DNA of 61,981 bases, the filler included, from Rhabdomonas costata (lineage: Eukaryota): assembly GCA_019059605.1 (NCBI GenBank). It is 24 parts of 24 records of this genome, joined end to end, with 100 filler letters (N's around TTAATTAATTAA, not from the genome) between each part and the next. Parts side by side here need not be neighbours in the genome. Positions count along the whole stretch, not along the records: positions 41,416 to 43,900 come from JAHMHO010003205.1; positions 44,001 to 46,483 come from JAHMHO010003206.1; positions 46,584 to 49,064 come from JAHMHO010003207.1; positions 49,165 to 51,648 come from JAHMHO010003208.1; positions 51,749 to 54,230 come from JAHMHO010003209.1; 19 more parts are not named here. One strand, written 5' to 3'. Below are positions 41,419-53,737 of the stretch, in pieces. The first letter of the stretch is position 1, and each line of letters starts with the position of its first letter. The position numbers and the translations under genes are program-made. The notes under the pieces were generated by a model, which was not told where the DNA came from, ran no database searches, and saw nothing but the letters and a program-made list of their open reading frames with translations.

Positions 41419-41652
41419 TTTTGTTGTCACCGCATGATGTCTTGCCATTCAGTCATGGGCGTACGGGAGTACGTCCTCTGTGAGTCATTTGAAATCTATC
41501 CCGGAATAAAACGACAACCAGCGCCGCGCTTTCGCCCACTGTCTCCAATGTTGTGCAAACTTATTCTTGGGGGAGATTTCAAATGACTCACAGAGGACGT
41601 ACTCCCGTACGCCCATGACTGAATGGCAAGACATCATGCGGTGACAGCAAAA
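41419..41652. repeat. Long inverted repeat: 73-bp perfect arms (41425-41497 and 41574-41646), 76-bp loop
   Basis: The arms are exact reverse complements, extended by 5 more pairs after one mismatch. Confidence 0.97.
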
Positions 41653-44035
41653 ATGCCATCATCCCAAGATGCTAAGGGAAGGGTAGTACTTTGCTGACCA
41701 ACACAAAGAGAGCTCCAGTTTCCGTGTAATCGCCGTCAAATTGACCGGTGTGCCGCAAACATTCGATAGATTTCGGAAACTTCCGCTGACAGAAGAAAAT
41801 CAGTGCTGAAGAGACCCTTCTCAAGGAGCACACATCACTTCTGCTGAAAGCCGATGACTGATGCGAAATCCAACACTCATGAAAACAGCGGTAGTCAAAG
41901 CGGAGTAGTCAAAAGACCAGCGGAGAAGTCAAAGAGCGTTCCACGATACAAGGGAAACGTCAGGGGATGTCCTGTACTCCTGCACCAAGCTCGGGTCACA
42001 AAGAACTTGGAGCTCGTGCTCCCGGTCCTTGTTGCACGAAAAATCGTCGTGCCAAAACTGAAAGAAAGCGTCATCTGACCATCGACCCTCTGAATCATAA
42101 CAAATTCCAAACGCGATGTATCAATGTGCGCAACAGACCACAAAATCGACACAAGCAGTGGGCATCGTCCAGGACCTCCAGGACCCTTTTCTAATCACAC
42201 ATTGACTGTGACAGGTTACGTTTTATACTGGTTTGAAGAAGTAAACTGTGCCACTAAGTGCAGTCCGAGCGCTACGGATGCTCCAAGTCCGTGTGAGTAA
42301 GTGCATTGTGCTGTGAGATGTTTTAAGATTTAGACGTAGTTGCAGAGCTGCCGTGGGTAGACCCTCTGAACCCCTTTCATGAATTTTTCAAGAGTGGCAC
42401 AGAAGCCGAACTTTCCGATTCCAGCATCCTCCCAAAAATACTGTTCCCTTTTCGGAGCATTGCAGGTTCCCAAGATAAATGTCGCAGACCTCAGCACTTC
42501 TCGCAGAGGCAGGGTAGGCCCCACCAGGATGAGCCATGAACTCCACGGTTGTGAGCGACTGACTCTTGGCTTTTAAAGAACTGTAATCTGTGTGAAGAGC
42601 AAGGACCCCCGGAAGAATGGAGCCCTTAGGATGCAAGTCCTTTCCATGGTTCAAAAGCTAGTATTTCGCTGTGGTCCACACCATGGCCAATATCCGTGGA
42701 CAGGAACCCCGAGCGCAGTAGCAGTTGCATCTTATTGACTGTATTGTTCTGGCCCATGAGTCCGATTCCCAGGAAGAGGTCTGTTGACAGAAGCCCAGCC
42801 TCGAAAAACGTTCGTCGCGCCTGTGCATAAAACCGATAATGACAGCAATCAAGCAAAACACAAGTAATTCAGCGAAAGTACACTTGACGATGCTTGAAGC
42901 TGCTCCCCAACTCACTTCGTACTGCAACAGCAACCAAACAAGGCTGAAACGTCCATCGTCAGACCACTGCACAACACTGCCCAAGAAAAACCATCGCCTC
43001 ACTCCGCCACAGAAACGAACCAAGGCAGCTTCCTGAACTATTCTCAAAAACATGGTCGGACCACTCCAGCGATGCGGCCCGCTGACTTGAAACGCGGCGC
43101 CTTAGTCTTCGGCTGACTAAGAAAAAACAAAAAACCTTAAGAATTCAAAGCAAATTAGGTGTGCGCGTGGGGGGGAGGGTCAGCGAGTGTGGCTGGTTCT
43201 TTTGAATCTTTGCATCTGCTTGTTGTCACAACGATAGGATGGTGGTTAGATTGTCTCCGGGTTCTGGCGTCGCAGAAGGGAAGAGTGGTTGGAACGGGGA
43301 AGAAAGGGGCTGTTGACAAGAAGACACCGCAGAGTTGGCCAGGACTACATCAAAAGGGATCCGCACAGTGCGCGCCCCGGCCTCAGCAAAGGCCGAAGCG
43401 AAGGCTTCCGCGACGGCGGAAAAAACGTGAACGTGCATGTGCCCGTCGACATGCGTTGCGGGCTTTCCCAAAAGCTGTGGAACGAAAAAAAAAGCCATTT
43501 TTATCACAGCAGACGAGTTTTAAAGCCAAAACAAAGAAAGGCAGACGCCGGTCAGAGCACCACGATTTCCATGTATTTCACAAAAACCCGCCCATGAGTT
43601 GCGTCGACAGTGCAGCAGATGAAGTGAAAAAGGATGAAGTGAAAAAGAAAGTAAAGTTAAAAAATCAATCCAACCTTCTGAAACTCCCCGAACTGTGCCT
43701 TTATCTCCGCCTTCAACTCAGGCATAGAAACTCGACCGGTGTGTGCTGCCTCCAGGAACCCTTCCTGTAAGTAACAGAGCAGCGTCAACTAACATTGGAA
43801 GACAACGACAGCTACTTCTTGAAAGAATGGGATATGCCGCAAGCAGCAGGACCCGTCCAAGAAATCGGCCGTTGCCGTCCACCAATGAGGGAACACTTCT
43901 NNNNNNNNNNNNNNNNNNNNNNNNNNNNNNNNNNNNNNNNNNNNTTAATTAATTAANNNNNNNNNNNNNNNNNNNNNNNNNNNNNNNNNNNNNNNNNNNN
44001 CTGCCGCGGAACCGAAACAGCAGCTGGCGGACCTG

Positions 44036-46155
44036 CACCAGGGTGCTGCGCTGGATCAGGAAGTCCACGCTATTCAGACAGAAGGGGGTGGAGGTGGCGC
44101 ATTCCAATTGGACAGAGCAACTTTGGTCGAAACGTGACGACTTTCTGGCCTTTGAAGCAAGCAGTACTGGGGGATTATCAGGCGATTGACCTCCAGCAGG
44201 CGCTTCTTCCGCTTCCTTGGAAACCAAAAAATTTGGTCTACATGGCAGGGTTTTACACCCAACCTGCGGGTCGCCTCCCTGATGGGGCAGAACCTAACTT
44301 CGACGCCCACCGAAGGTTTTCTAGCTTTCTGAAAAGCCTGTCGAAGAAACAGTCCACGGTATTAACCCAGAAGGGAAGGGAGTGGAATGTGGCAGTGCGC
44401 ATGCGGCGCTGAACAGAGCAACTTCCGGTCGAAACGTGACAACGTTTCTGACCTTCAGAATAACGATCTCCAGTGGAGGGGCATACAATCGAAAGAGGTG
44501 AACTGTGTGAAACTTTGGGGTTCTGTTGTGCCAAGATGTCCCAAGATTCTTTGGCTTCTTTGGGGAGGAGGATCAAGAAGATCATGTGGAGGCTTACAGA
44601 ACAATCCGGGTCTGCCCTGAGGTATGCTAATCTAGGCAGAAGCTTAGGCACTACAAGCAAACCTGAACAGGACAAAAACGGAAGGAGAGTCCGGGACACA
44701 GCGCATTGAATATGCGTTTTATTTTGAAAAGGATGGATGTCGTGACAGCAACGGTAAGCAAAGGGAACAAAAGCAAAGGGAAGACATTGGAGGAGAGGGC
44801 TGAGGGAGGTGGGCTGCCCTGCCCCGACGACTTTCTGGTTGAGGATTCCGACGTGGCTGTCCAACAGCGAGCGCAGGTGGGAGTGTGCGGTCTGCAAAGC
44901 CTCCAGTCGCTCCTCATCACTGGCGAAGCGGTGTTCACTGAAGAACTTCTGGAAGTTCGTGAAGAACGCGGCCACCTGTGGCGATTGAGATGGGGCGGTG
45001 TTTACAGACACACGTTAGGTCACCTGCTAGAGCTGCTGACAGCTTGAAACGGATGTATAACGTATCCAGGGGGGGGGGCACATGGGTCAGGCTCCTCCCT
45101 GCCTTTGATGGACATCTTCTTTTTGGTCTGTAAGGATATACCTGATTTGTCCCGACGAGACCCAAGGTGCCCAAAGTGCCGAACCAACTACAGTCGCCGT
45201 ATCGCTTTTGCAGCACCATACAGGTTATGTTCTGGGATCAGGTGCAGAATCACACCATGCACGTGAACAATGGCACTGAGTGTGACCCACATTTACCAAG
45301 ACGACTGTGAGAAAGGCAAGCGATTCACAGGAACATCCGAAGACTGGCACTCCAGAGGCAATGGCGCACCTGAGCTTCACCCAAGGGAGTCCTGCGGGGC
45401 CACATGGCATGGAAGTTTAAGACTCGCTTAAGCAGTTGTGCAGGGATAGTGTGGCAAAAGGACAAGACGGGAAAGCAAAAAATAAGGTGCGATTCTGGAG
45501 GGATAGGAGAAAAAACAGACACAGGGGTAGGTTAGGGAACAGGGGTGGGTGGGGTACAAGTTCATGCGCACATACCTCCTCAGAACTCTCCTGGATCTGA
45601 GCAGGCTGACCTGCGGCGGTACGGGCGAGACCCTGCGGACGGATCGAACGTGACAGGGCAAACGGAGATTCTATTTAACCACTCTCTGTTGCGTTTGCTG
45701 TCCCGAACCAATGCTGTGATGCTGGCTGTTTTCCGGCGAAACTTGTAACGCAGGAGCAACAAACCACCGCAAACTTCTTCCCTGCAATGCACCATACAGC
45801 ACAAAGCTGGCCACAGAAGAAACGAAAACAAACAAAGAAGGGGTGAAACAAATATCGACACACCAACCTCAGCATTTGCAAGAACAAAAGGTATTGAAAA
45901 GGGCTCACCTCCTGCTTCGGTTGTGGCACCCTCGCCGCTTTCTTTGCGGGCCTTCGATCCTCCCCAGGCGCAGCCCCTTCTCTCCCTTCACCGTTGGCCT
46001 TCTCTTCAGAGGGATTCCGGGTCACCCGCCTCCTCTTTGTTCTCCTACCCTTCTCCGCGGCTTCGGGCACAGCTGGGGCGCCGGAAGAGGACGCACTGCG
46101 CTTGCGCCTCGCGGGCCCTCGGCCACTGGGCTGAGGTTCCTTGGACTCCACCACC
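44036..46155 (-). CDS. Hypothetical multi-exon protein fragment (basic low-complexity region, then helical region)
   Basis: GC-rich exon-like blocks with AG/GT flanks: …RRPAKKAARVPQPKQE|, |VAAFFTNFQKFFSEHRFASDEERLEALQ…ILNQK|, …VDFLIQRSTLVQ|. Several joins are ambiguous. Confidence 0.5.
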
Positions 46156-46774
46156 ATGAAGTGTGAGAGGAGCAGTACCTCTGTTCTCGGGGTCCACAAA
46201 ACAAACACTGCAAAACACTAAACACTGGATGAAAGAAAGACCTGAACCGCTGCTTACATCAAAACGCTCCTTGGAATATGATTTATATCCCCATGGATAT
46301 TTTTATTTCATGAACTAATTGATCTTACTTACCGCATAATGCCAACCAAATGGGGGGCTGGCTTGATAAAACCATGAAATCATACCAAGAAAAACTCTTT
46401 TCTGCCAAGCCTGCAGTCTACAGTCTACCACACTATTATGCATGATAAAACTTTACACCCCCCACCCCAAACACACCCACCACNNNNNNNNNNNNNNNNN
46501 NNNNNNNNNNNNNNNNNNNNNNNNNNNTTAATTAATTAANNNNNNNNNNNNNNNNNNNNNNNNNNNNNNNNNNNNNNNNNNNNTGTTTCATGATACCACA
46601 AGACGTGGAGCTGACAGCAACCACGAACCACATATTGTACAACATTCATGAAGAAGCAGCCGCGATTTAGCATGGTGCAACGGAATTCCGGCGGCCACCG
46701 CTTCAAAAGAAAGGCCTCAGAAAAAACAACGGTTCCATAAAGAAAGCGCGACAGGACTTTTGCCGCCGGGTGAC

Positions 46775-48558
46775 CGCTTTGGTGAACTCCGGGATGCGGC
46801 TGTGGTCGTCGGTGCAGATATACACCGAGGAGAGCCCTAAGATGCCTGCGGCAAGTGCGGTAGCCGCGGCGTACTCCCGGACGGAGGGAAACCGAAAGTG
46901 CAGCTGCTGCTGCCGCCGCAGGCGGTTGTCAGCAGGCCCGACGTACCGCGTGCCCAGCCGCATGTGAGTGGTGAGGTACGGGCCGGCCTCCACGGTGAGG
47001 TTGAGCAGAGCGCGAAACCGACGCAAACTGTCCATCAGCCTGTCGTTGGGACGGATCAGATACCGAAGCAGGTGGCGGGTCACCTTGGGCTCTGACCACC
47101 GCGAGACCACTGTGAAGGTAATCCCCACACGCACGATACATTCAAGTTACACAGCACAAGGAGAAATAGATAGCACCTACACGACTTTTTGGAACCCCTC
47201 GCTAACATTACTTCTCGTATCGAGTTGTCCAAAGCGAAAAGCGAAACGCCATACGACCAGATGAACCTACATCCCATTCCAGTTCCAAACCACTGCAGAA
47301 GGCGCCATTCACACTTGTGAGGGCATCTCGGGGGCGCTCAGGACATGTGGTATCCCCGTCGAGAAAGATCGAGCCCGGCGGGGGCGAGGACGGCGCAGGA
47401 CACCCAGAGATGGACTGGAAGTAGCAACCAAAGTATTGTCGCGAGGGGCACAGCAGCGGGTTCGCGAACAGGGCTTCCCCAGGCTGCATTTCAAAGAAGA
47501 GTAGGTGAAGAGAACGTGATAAGGTACTAAAAAAGGTACACTATTTAAAAGGGGAATCGGGTTAACCCTTGCTGCCCGTCCAGTGATTACCTGCAAATAA
47601 TGTGGCAAACTCGCCGCGCCCAAACCCGTGCACGACAGTGGCACCATGGAGTGCTACCTCTCAGCCCATGCTTGGCAATAGATCACCAAAAAAACAATGC
47701 ACTAAGACCGCAATTTTTTTGAAACTCCCTCCCTCTCTCTTTCCCACAAACCTCTGCTCTTTCTGTTGACACGTGTCACCGCCCGCCCAATCACTTTTAG
47801 AGATATGAACGGCGCAATCCCGCCCATTGCATCCCGTGGTGCTGTGCAGTTCCCTTGTGTTGCCTTACGGGTAGATAGAAAAACGAAGGTTTCCTCAAGG
47901 AAACTGGCAATTCGGAGGAAGGGGCTTGAGACGTGCATGTGCAGGAGAATGCATGTCGCCCAGAGAAGAGCCCAATTGCCTCTCTAGCCCATCCGGGAAG
48001 TGAATTCGAAGGTTTTTGAGACCCCCAAATTGCAGGAGAGAGCCGCGTCCCACAAACCGGTTCGACAAACACTCTCCGAGCGAGCAGCGCGCAGCGCAGC
48101 GCCCGGGCCGCCAGCACCAAGTTCGATGCGATTCCCGCACTGTTTACCGCCCACACAGCCAGGCGCCCACAAGCCTGGGTCTCCGCACTGCCCAAGCCCG
48201 GCCGCCGAGCGAAGGATCTCCTGTCCTTCGCAGAAGAGCTGGAGCGGTTGCCCCGAAACTGAGAGCGCTGCACCAGCCCATGCAAAAGCGAGCGGGGTGG
48301 AAGAAGGGCTGTGACCAGGGCGAGGTCCGAGGGATCGGGGAAGGTGGAGAGAAGCCTGCGCTGCCTGTGAATCTCGGCCACGGTGCCGCAAGTCCGGATC
48401 AGGGTGACCAGCCGCCGCCACAGAACTTTGCCCTCCATAGCAGTGAGGGACAGAAGCTTTTGCTTTGCAGTCAGATGGTCGGCGAAGGCGAGGGAAAAGG
48501 CAGAAGCTATCAGAGTCAAGACAATGCACACACACGACAGTGAGAGGTTCCTTGCCAT
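46775..48558 (-). CDS. FUT8/GT23-like (alpha-1,6-fucosyltransferase-like) glycosyltransferase, 3'-truncated; exons 48558-48058, 47483-47315, 47109-46775
   Basis: Type II signal-anchor; SAGIASNL…ALLARRVFV; CYFQSISGC; YLIRPN; THMRLG and VYICTDD, resembling the HVRR and YLATDD motifs of this family. Confidence 0.7.
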
Positions 48559-48850
48559 GCAAAAACTAAGATAAAATCCGTCCTGCAGAAAAAAAGAGAT
48601 CGCGGAATAAAAACCATGGGAGACCAAAGCTCGTCACCAACTCATCCGTAATGCTTGTATATTTCGTACAATTTAAGGGGTGGAGAAGAGGACCACACTC
48701 TTGGTGCAAGGACCAATGGTCCCATACCACATCCGTCATCCTGCACAAAAATGAATCGTTCGATCCAATTTCAAAGGGCGGCGCGTAAATGCTCAGCTGC
48801 ACATCAACAAAACAATCAGAAAAATGTCACGGCCAGGTCACATCGGTCAT

Positions 48851-49057
48851 TCACGGAGCTGCTGCTTTTGTGCTGCTTGCAGCGGCCGTAGGAGTTTCCA
48901 GCGAGGGCAAGCCTTCCATGAAAACATCCGTGACATCCAGCTGCGCGATCTCCGCGCGACACTGCAACATTGAACTCAGCGAAGGCGCGGTGCGGCCACA
49001 GTCCCCATGAATGAACTCCTTTACGTACGTGCCCGAGGACGTGATCAGGTCAACCAC
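48851..49057 (-). CDS. PUS10: tRNA pseudouridine synthase Pus10, last exon
   Basis: TSSGTYVKEFIHGDCGRTAPSL…AEIAQLDV is the conserved Pus10 C-terminal signature. Confidence 0.9.
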   Translation of the reverse strand: MVDLITSSGTYVKEFIHGDCGRTAPSLSSMLQCRAEIAQLDVTDVFMEGLPSLETPTAAASSTKAAAP

Positions 49058-49164
49058 AAAACCCNNNNNNNNNNNNNNNNNNNNNNNNNNNNNNNNNNNN
49101 NNNNNNNNTTAATTAATTAANNNNNNNNNNNNNNNNNNNNNNNNNNNNNNNNNNNNNNNNNNNN

Positions 49165-50448
49165 GTGTTGCAGTGCCTGGCAGCGGCCGCGGTTCCGTAC
49201 AAAGCCGGGATGCGTATTGGGATGCATGTTAGCTCTGCGGCCAGCGGTCTTGTTGTGACGCCGGCGTTTGTGAAGCAAGCGACGCTTTCATGTGGGCAAG
49301 TCACAGCTCAACGTCTTGCGAGGTTGGAGGAAAGCAAGGGAGGCAGCGACGGGAAAGAATCTTTGATGGTTGTGCGGGTTTTGCGATCCACGCTTGGGCT
49401 CACGGACATTCCCGAGAAAGAGGTCCGGTTTATTGAAGCCTCGGGGATGCAGTCGAGCGACACTGCGGAGATTGTTGCGGTTGTTGATCTGGAGCCGATT
49501 TCCTGCTCGCAAGCATCGCCGCCCCCCGGAAAGGAGTCCTCGCCGGAAGATGCGGGGGAGGCGATTTCGCTTCTGATGACGCTGATGTCGGATGCCGCGG
49601 TGACGCATGATGAGCACCAGCTTGGCCCTGTTCCGGAGATGAGGTTGCGGTCTGTGTTCCGGAAGTCTGGGTTTTGCTTCGAGTACGAGTTCTTTGAGCG
49701 GAATTACCGAGATTTCGTGCTGTACACGCTTCCTGAGCTTTTCTACGTGCTTGTGGGGTGCCAGTTTTTCTGCGGGCTATGGTGCATTGTTGGAGTTGTT
49801 TCGGTGATTCTTCCGTGCCATCCCGTGAGGCTTCCCGGGGGTGTTTTTCCATGGATTGGTGCTCTTGGTTTCCTGTTGATTTTGAGTGTGATTCCGTCGA
49901 AGGAGCTGATACAAGAGTTGCGTCGTGCGGTGATTCGACGGAGCAAAGTGAACCGGATGCTTGGTTGCCTTCTTGGGATCATGCTTGGGTACTATGGGCT
50001 ATGCCTAGTCCTGCTTTACGTTCAACCTGACCTTTCGAAGAGCAGCAACTGGCCTGACCTTGTCTCCGGTATCACGAAAGGTGAGGGGCAATGGACAGCG
50101 TTTGCCGGCCAGGATTGTGTGAACATGCTGTACAACATCAGCTTCTTTGCACTGTTTGCGATGTACTTTTGCATCTCTGTGATTCCGTTGCACATCAGCT
50201 CCACGATACGTACGGCTGGGATTTTGGGACTATACCTCTCCAGCACGGCGCTCGCCACTGCTATCATCCACCACACGGATCTTCAAGAGAATGGTTCGCT
50301 CATCGTTCTTATTTTTCTCCTGGCTATTTTCTGCTTTCCCGTGGCTTGTATGGGCGCTTTTTTTTGGCGTTTTTTATGCGAAGCTTCACCAAGCATCACC
50401 AAATATTGCAAAAAAGAAAGGAGAACAATTATGACGAGGGTGGACTAG
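49165..50448 (+). CDS. Multi-pass membrane protein, probably a transmembrane adenylate cyclase-like fragment (degenerate cyclase end + ~6 TM)
   Basis: 427-aa open frame from the contig edge. MRIGMH…SGLV…ARLEES resembles MRIGIH…AGVV…ASRMES; then F.F…FERNY and about six hydrophobic helices. The true exon probably ends near 50370-50385. Confidence 0.6.
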   Translation: MLQCLAAAAVPYKAGMRIGMHVSSAASGLVVTPAFVKQATLSCGQVTAQRLARLEESKGGSDGKESLMVVRVLRSTLGLTDIPEKEVRFIEASGMQSSDTAEIVAVVDLEPISCSQASPPPGKESSPEDAGEAISLLMTLMSDAAVTHDEHQLGPVPEMRLRSVFRKSGFCFEYEFFERNYRDFVLYTLPELFYVLVGCQFFCGLWCIVGVVSVILPCHPVRLPGGVFPWIGALGFLLILSVIPSKELIQELRRAVIRRSKVNRMLGCLLGIMLGYYGLCLVLLYVQPDLSKSSNWPDLVSGITKGEGQWTAFAGQDCVNMLYNISFFALFAMYFCISVIPLHISSTIRTAGILGLYLSSTALATAIIHHTDLQENGSLIVLIFLLAIFCFPVACMGAFFWRFLCEASPSITKYCKKERRTIMTRVD

Positions 50449-51768
50449 AAAACAACTCTCTACTGTAATTTAGTTCCCTATCTAATTGGCCCTTTCTTGT
50501 TAATTTTGCTTTTGACGGTTTCTTCTCTCTCTGTTATATTGTTTTGCCCCCAGCCAAACTTTGAACGAATCCCTTCTCCCCCCCACCTCCCGACGAAGAA
50601 TATAGTGATGTTTGTGAGCTTCAGGCGGCAAAGAGCCGGTGGCTTGGCCCGGTTCGGATTGGTTTGCTTTATTTTGTGTAAATACGTTGTGGATGCTGTC
50701 GTAAACCCTCCGCTGCGCGGGGCAAAAAACGGCACAAAAGGGATACCATAGAGCCGCCCAAGGGCACCACAACCGGCCGAGGGTGAAAGGTCAGAAAATT
50801 CTGACCCCAAGTACCGGCCGCGCTGCATTTCGGGAGGTCTGTTGTATATACAAAAGACCCCAGGCCTGCTTCGGCTTAGCTCTCTTGGTTATCGACTCAT
50901 CATCACTGTGAATGTTGCTTTGCTATGGGTGACTGGGACAGCATGTAAGTTTGTATATGTTTGTATATATTTGTGCACGAAGGAAATTTTGTACTGAAGA
51001 CGTTTTGTTAAATCAGTCAAGGCGAAATATTACTTTTTCCAGCCGCAGACGATGACTTCCCGCTGAATTTTCCCCGGAGCGAACCAAAGTGTTGTGGAAA
51101 CGTTGTGTAAAGTGGATTTCAGTATGCAGGACAAATGTGTGTGTATCTCCGTCCAAGCTTCGAGTCTCCTGGTTTTGGCCCACCCCAATTTAGTGCGACA
51201 GCGCTTTCTAGTAATGCTAGTTCGGACCGACCACTGCAAAGCCATGTAGTACTGGCGAAATGTGGTCAGCTTTCTTCCTAAAAATTGAAAAACTAAAAAC
51301 TGTACGTTTTGGAGGTCGGGGGTGGAAACAAACGCTTCTATTTTCATTTTGAGCAGTTTTTCAATTTTTTTTCGATTCAGATTTCGCCTTGAAAACAGCC
51401 TAGTTTTACCCCTTGAAAGCTTGAAAGGGTCGAAAATGGGGTCATTTCTGTGAAAAAAATGATTCCAATTGATCCAATTGGTTACCCACGTGGGAAGCTC
51501 CAAAAAATAGTGTTTTTAGCATCAGGTTTTTGACAGATAGTCCTTCCAAAGCCGAAGTATCGGCACGGCGGTGGTCGGCTCGTCTTTGATTTTCATTTTG
51601 GGAGGAAAACTGCCTGCGGGGGGATCTGACGTGAATGAACCAACAACANNNNNNNNNNNNNNNNNNNNNNNNNNNNNNNNNNNNNNNNNNNNTTAATTAA
51701 TTAANNNNNNNNNNNNNNNNNNNNNNNNNNNNNNNNNNNNNNNNNNNNGTGGTGGGTGGGGGTCCTAG

Positions 51769-53737
51769 GCCTGGCCAAGCACCCCACGGCGAAGGATGTG
51801 CAGGACAAGGCCACAGCCTACGCCGACGCCTTCATGAAGGCCTACCGCTCTTCAAGCCCTGAGAGTTCGGACAGCTTGCAGCTGGGGGAGAACCTGAGCT
51901 GGGACGGCGTGGCCGCGGTGCACACCTATACATTAGAAACGGAGATATACTCCAAGGTTTTTTGGCCCCACACAAACCTGCACTCTGTAGCGGTTGCCTC
52001 TGTTTTGTTTTTCTCTTTTTGTGAAAGATGGAGAGATTTTTACGCTGACGGTGACCAGCCCTGTATGGTCTGCTCACCCCTGTCATGCCCTATATGTATG
52101 CATGTATGCATGTTTCGTTCTTGGCAAGACTAGAGCAATGTATGCACCTCGGCCCTTGACAGGCGCCGTTTCAGCCGTTTGGGTTTGTTGCTTGCGACAG
52201 TTGGCTTCCGATGGGATGAAAGTCTTTGAGGAGCTCGGCAATGATTCGCTCCGCACTCCCCTAAGGGGACCGATTCCTCTGGACAGGATACCTCATTTGT
52301 CATTTTGCAGATGAACGCCGCTCTGCGAGGGAAGGACAAGGCTGCACTGAAGCGGTGGCAGAGCCTTGCACTGCACTTGGACGCGGGCCTGCAGGAGCTG
52401 CCCCCGGTGGAGACCCGGGGGCATCCCCTGTACCGTGGCATTACGGCCAAAGTGGACCTGGTATGTCCCCCACACATCTTTACCACCATTTTTCATGGCT
52501 TCACCACTGCATAGTCAAGGAAGACCAATGTTTTTGGGGTCAAGTTTTCAGACGGCATCGTCGCTTCATTCCCATTTCTGAGAAAACCTCTGAGGATGGG
52601 CGAATCAGCCTGGCCTTCTTTCTTCAGCGCCGTTATACCCGTGAGCAACACCATTCTGACTGTCATCACCTCAAGAGATCCTGACCCCTTTTGGCAGAGG
52701 TCAGCCAGTCACCGTTTGCGAACACGCGCAATAATACCGAGGCCAAAACACACATCTACTCTGAACTTTTGAGCTGAGTGAACCAAACACCAACACTGTG
52801 CACCGGATGGATCCGGTCAGGCCAGAGGGCCTCCCCTCGAACTATGCTGTTCCCCCCACACTCTCCTGTGCTCCTCTCCTTTTTGTATCTGTGCAGCTGT
52901 TGTGTGCGCCGGACTCTTAACACTAGACAATGTTTGTACATTTTGTTTTGAATAGACGTGACCTGTCGTTGTTTTTTAAATCTACTCGAAAACTTTGGGA
53001 TGAGTGATGGTGGGCACTGGCCTAAGAGAGCTATACCCCCTCCTCCGGTCCTCTTTGCTTTCCCTTTTCAGGCGCAGTACCAAGAGGGGCGCTACCTGGT
53101 GTGGCCCGCCTTCAGCAGCACCACCATGGACGCCAAGGTGGCGAAGGACTTCCTGAAGGGCACGAAGGACGGCCACGCCGCCCGAGGGACGCTGTTCATG
53201 GTGAACCCTCTGAAAGGGGGGCGAAGCCGAGCCCGCGCAATTAGCAGGCTCTCTGCCTTTGGGAAGGAGCAGGTCCGCTTTGCGCCCACATTTCTTGGGA
53301 GGCTTTTTTCGAGGGCCATCGCGAGGTGCCCATCTGTTCTCAGTGTGCCTCACCCATTCGCCTGCATGCACTCGCGCGCTGTGCCTTTCCATTGCGGGCA
53401 GCATGTCAGGTGTGCTGGCCCTCCCTTCCATTACCCTCCCTTCTCTACTTTTGAAGAAACCTCGAGTCTGATGGCACACCTTTTCCCCATGTTTAACAGT
53501 TTAACGTTCATCAACTCATGGCGCACGAGATATTACCGAACGGTGCTGCTGGGCACCTGTTAGGTGGTTGGCATACCCTTCGCTTTTTTTTGGTCAACTT
53601 TTCCGTTTCCTTATTTTCGTTTGACGCAGGAGGTGCTCTTCCGCAACGACACTTGGTTTAAGGTGTCGCAGCGGTTGGGTCCAGCTGCCAAGAAGTTCCT
53701 GGAGAGCCAGCTGGGTCGCTCCCTGGACAACGTCGAG
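51769..53737 (+). CDS. NAD+:arginine ADP-ribosyltransferase-type (R-S-E, ARTC-like) domain; exons 51769-51956, 52311-52460, 53072-53272, 53630-53737
   Basis: AVHTYTLE..IYSKMNAALR, LYRG, WPAFSSTT, GTLF, SAFGKEQEVLF (ExE). Three phase-0 GT-AG introns. Confidence 0.9.

Noticed and set aside
41700-43900. Possible degraded gene or transposon next to the long hairpin
   Set aside because: Only short broken frames; no transposase, RT or other motif recognised.
50789-50806. 18-bp palindrome GGTCAGAA-AA-TTCTGACC
   Set aside because: Single, short and without supporting context.
50994-51030. Hammerhead-like CTGAAGA…GAAA (similar near 24006 and 44409)
   Set aside because: Stem II does not close correctly, or core nucleotides deviate; no stems I/III found.
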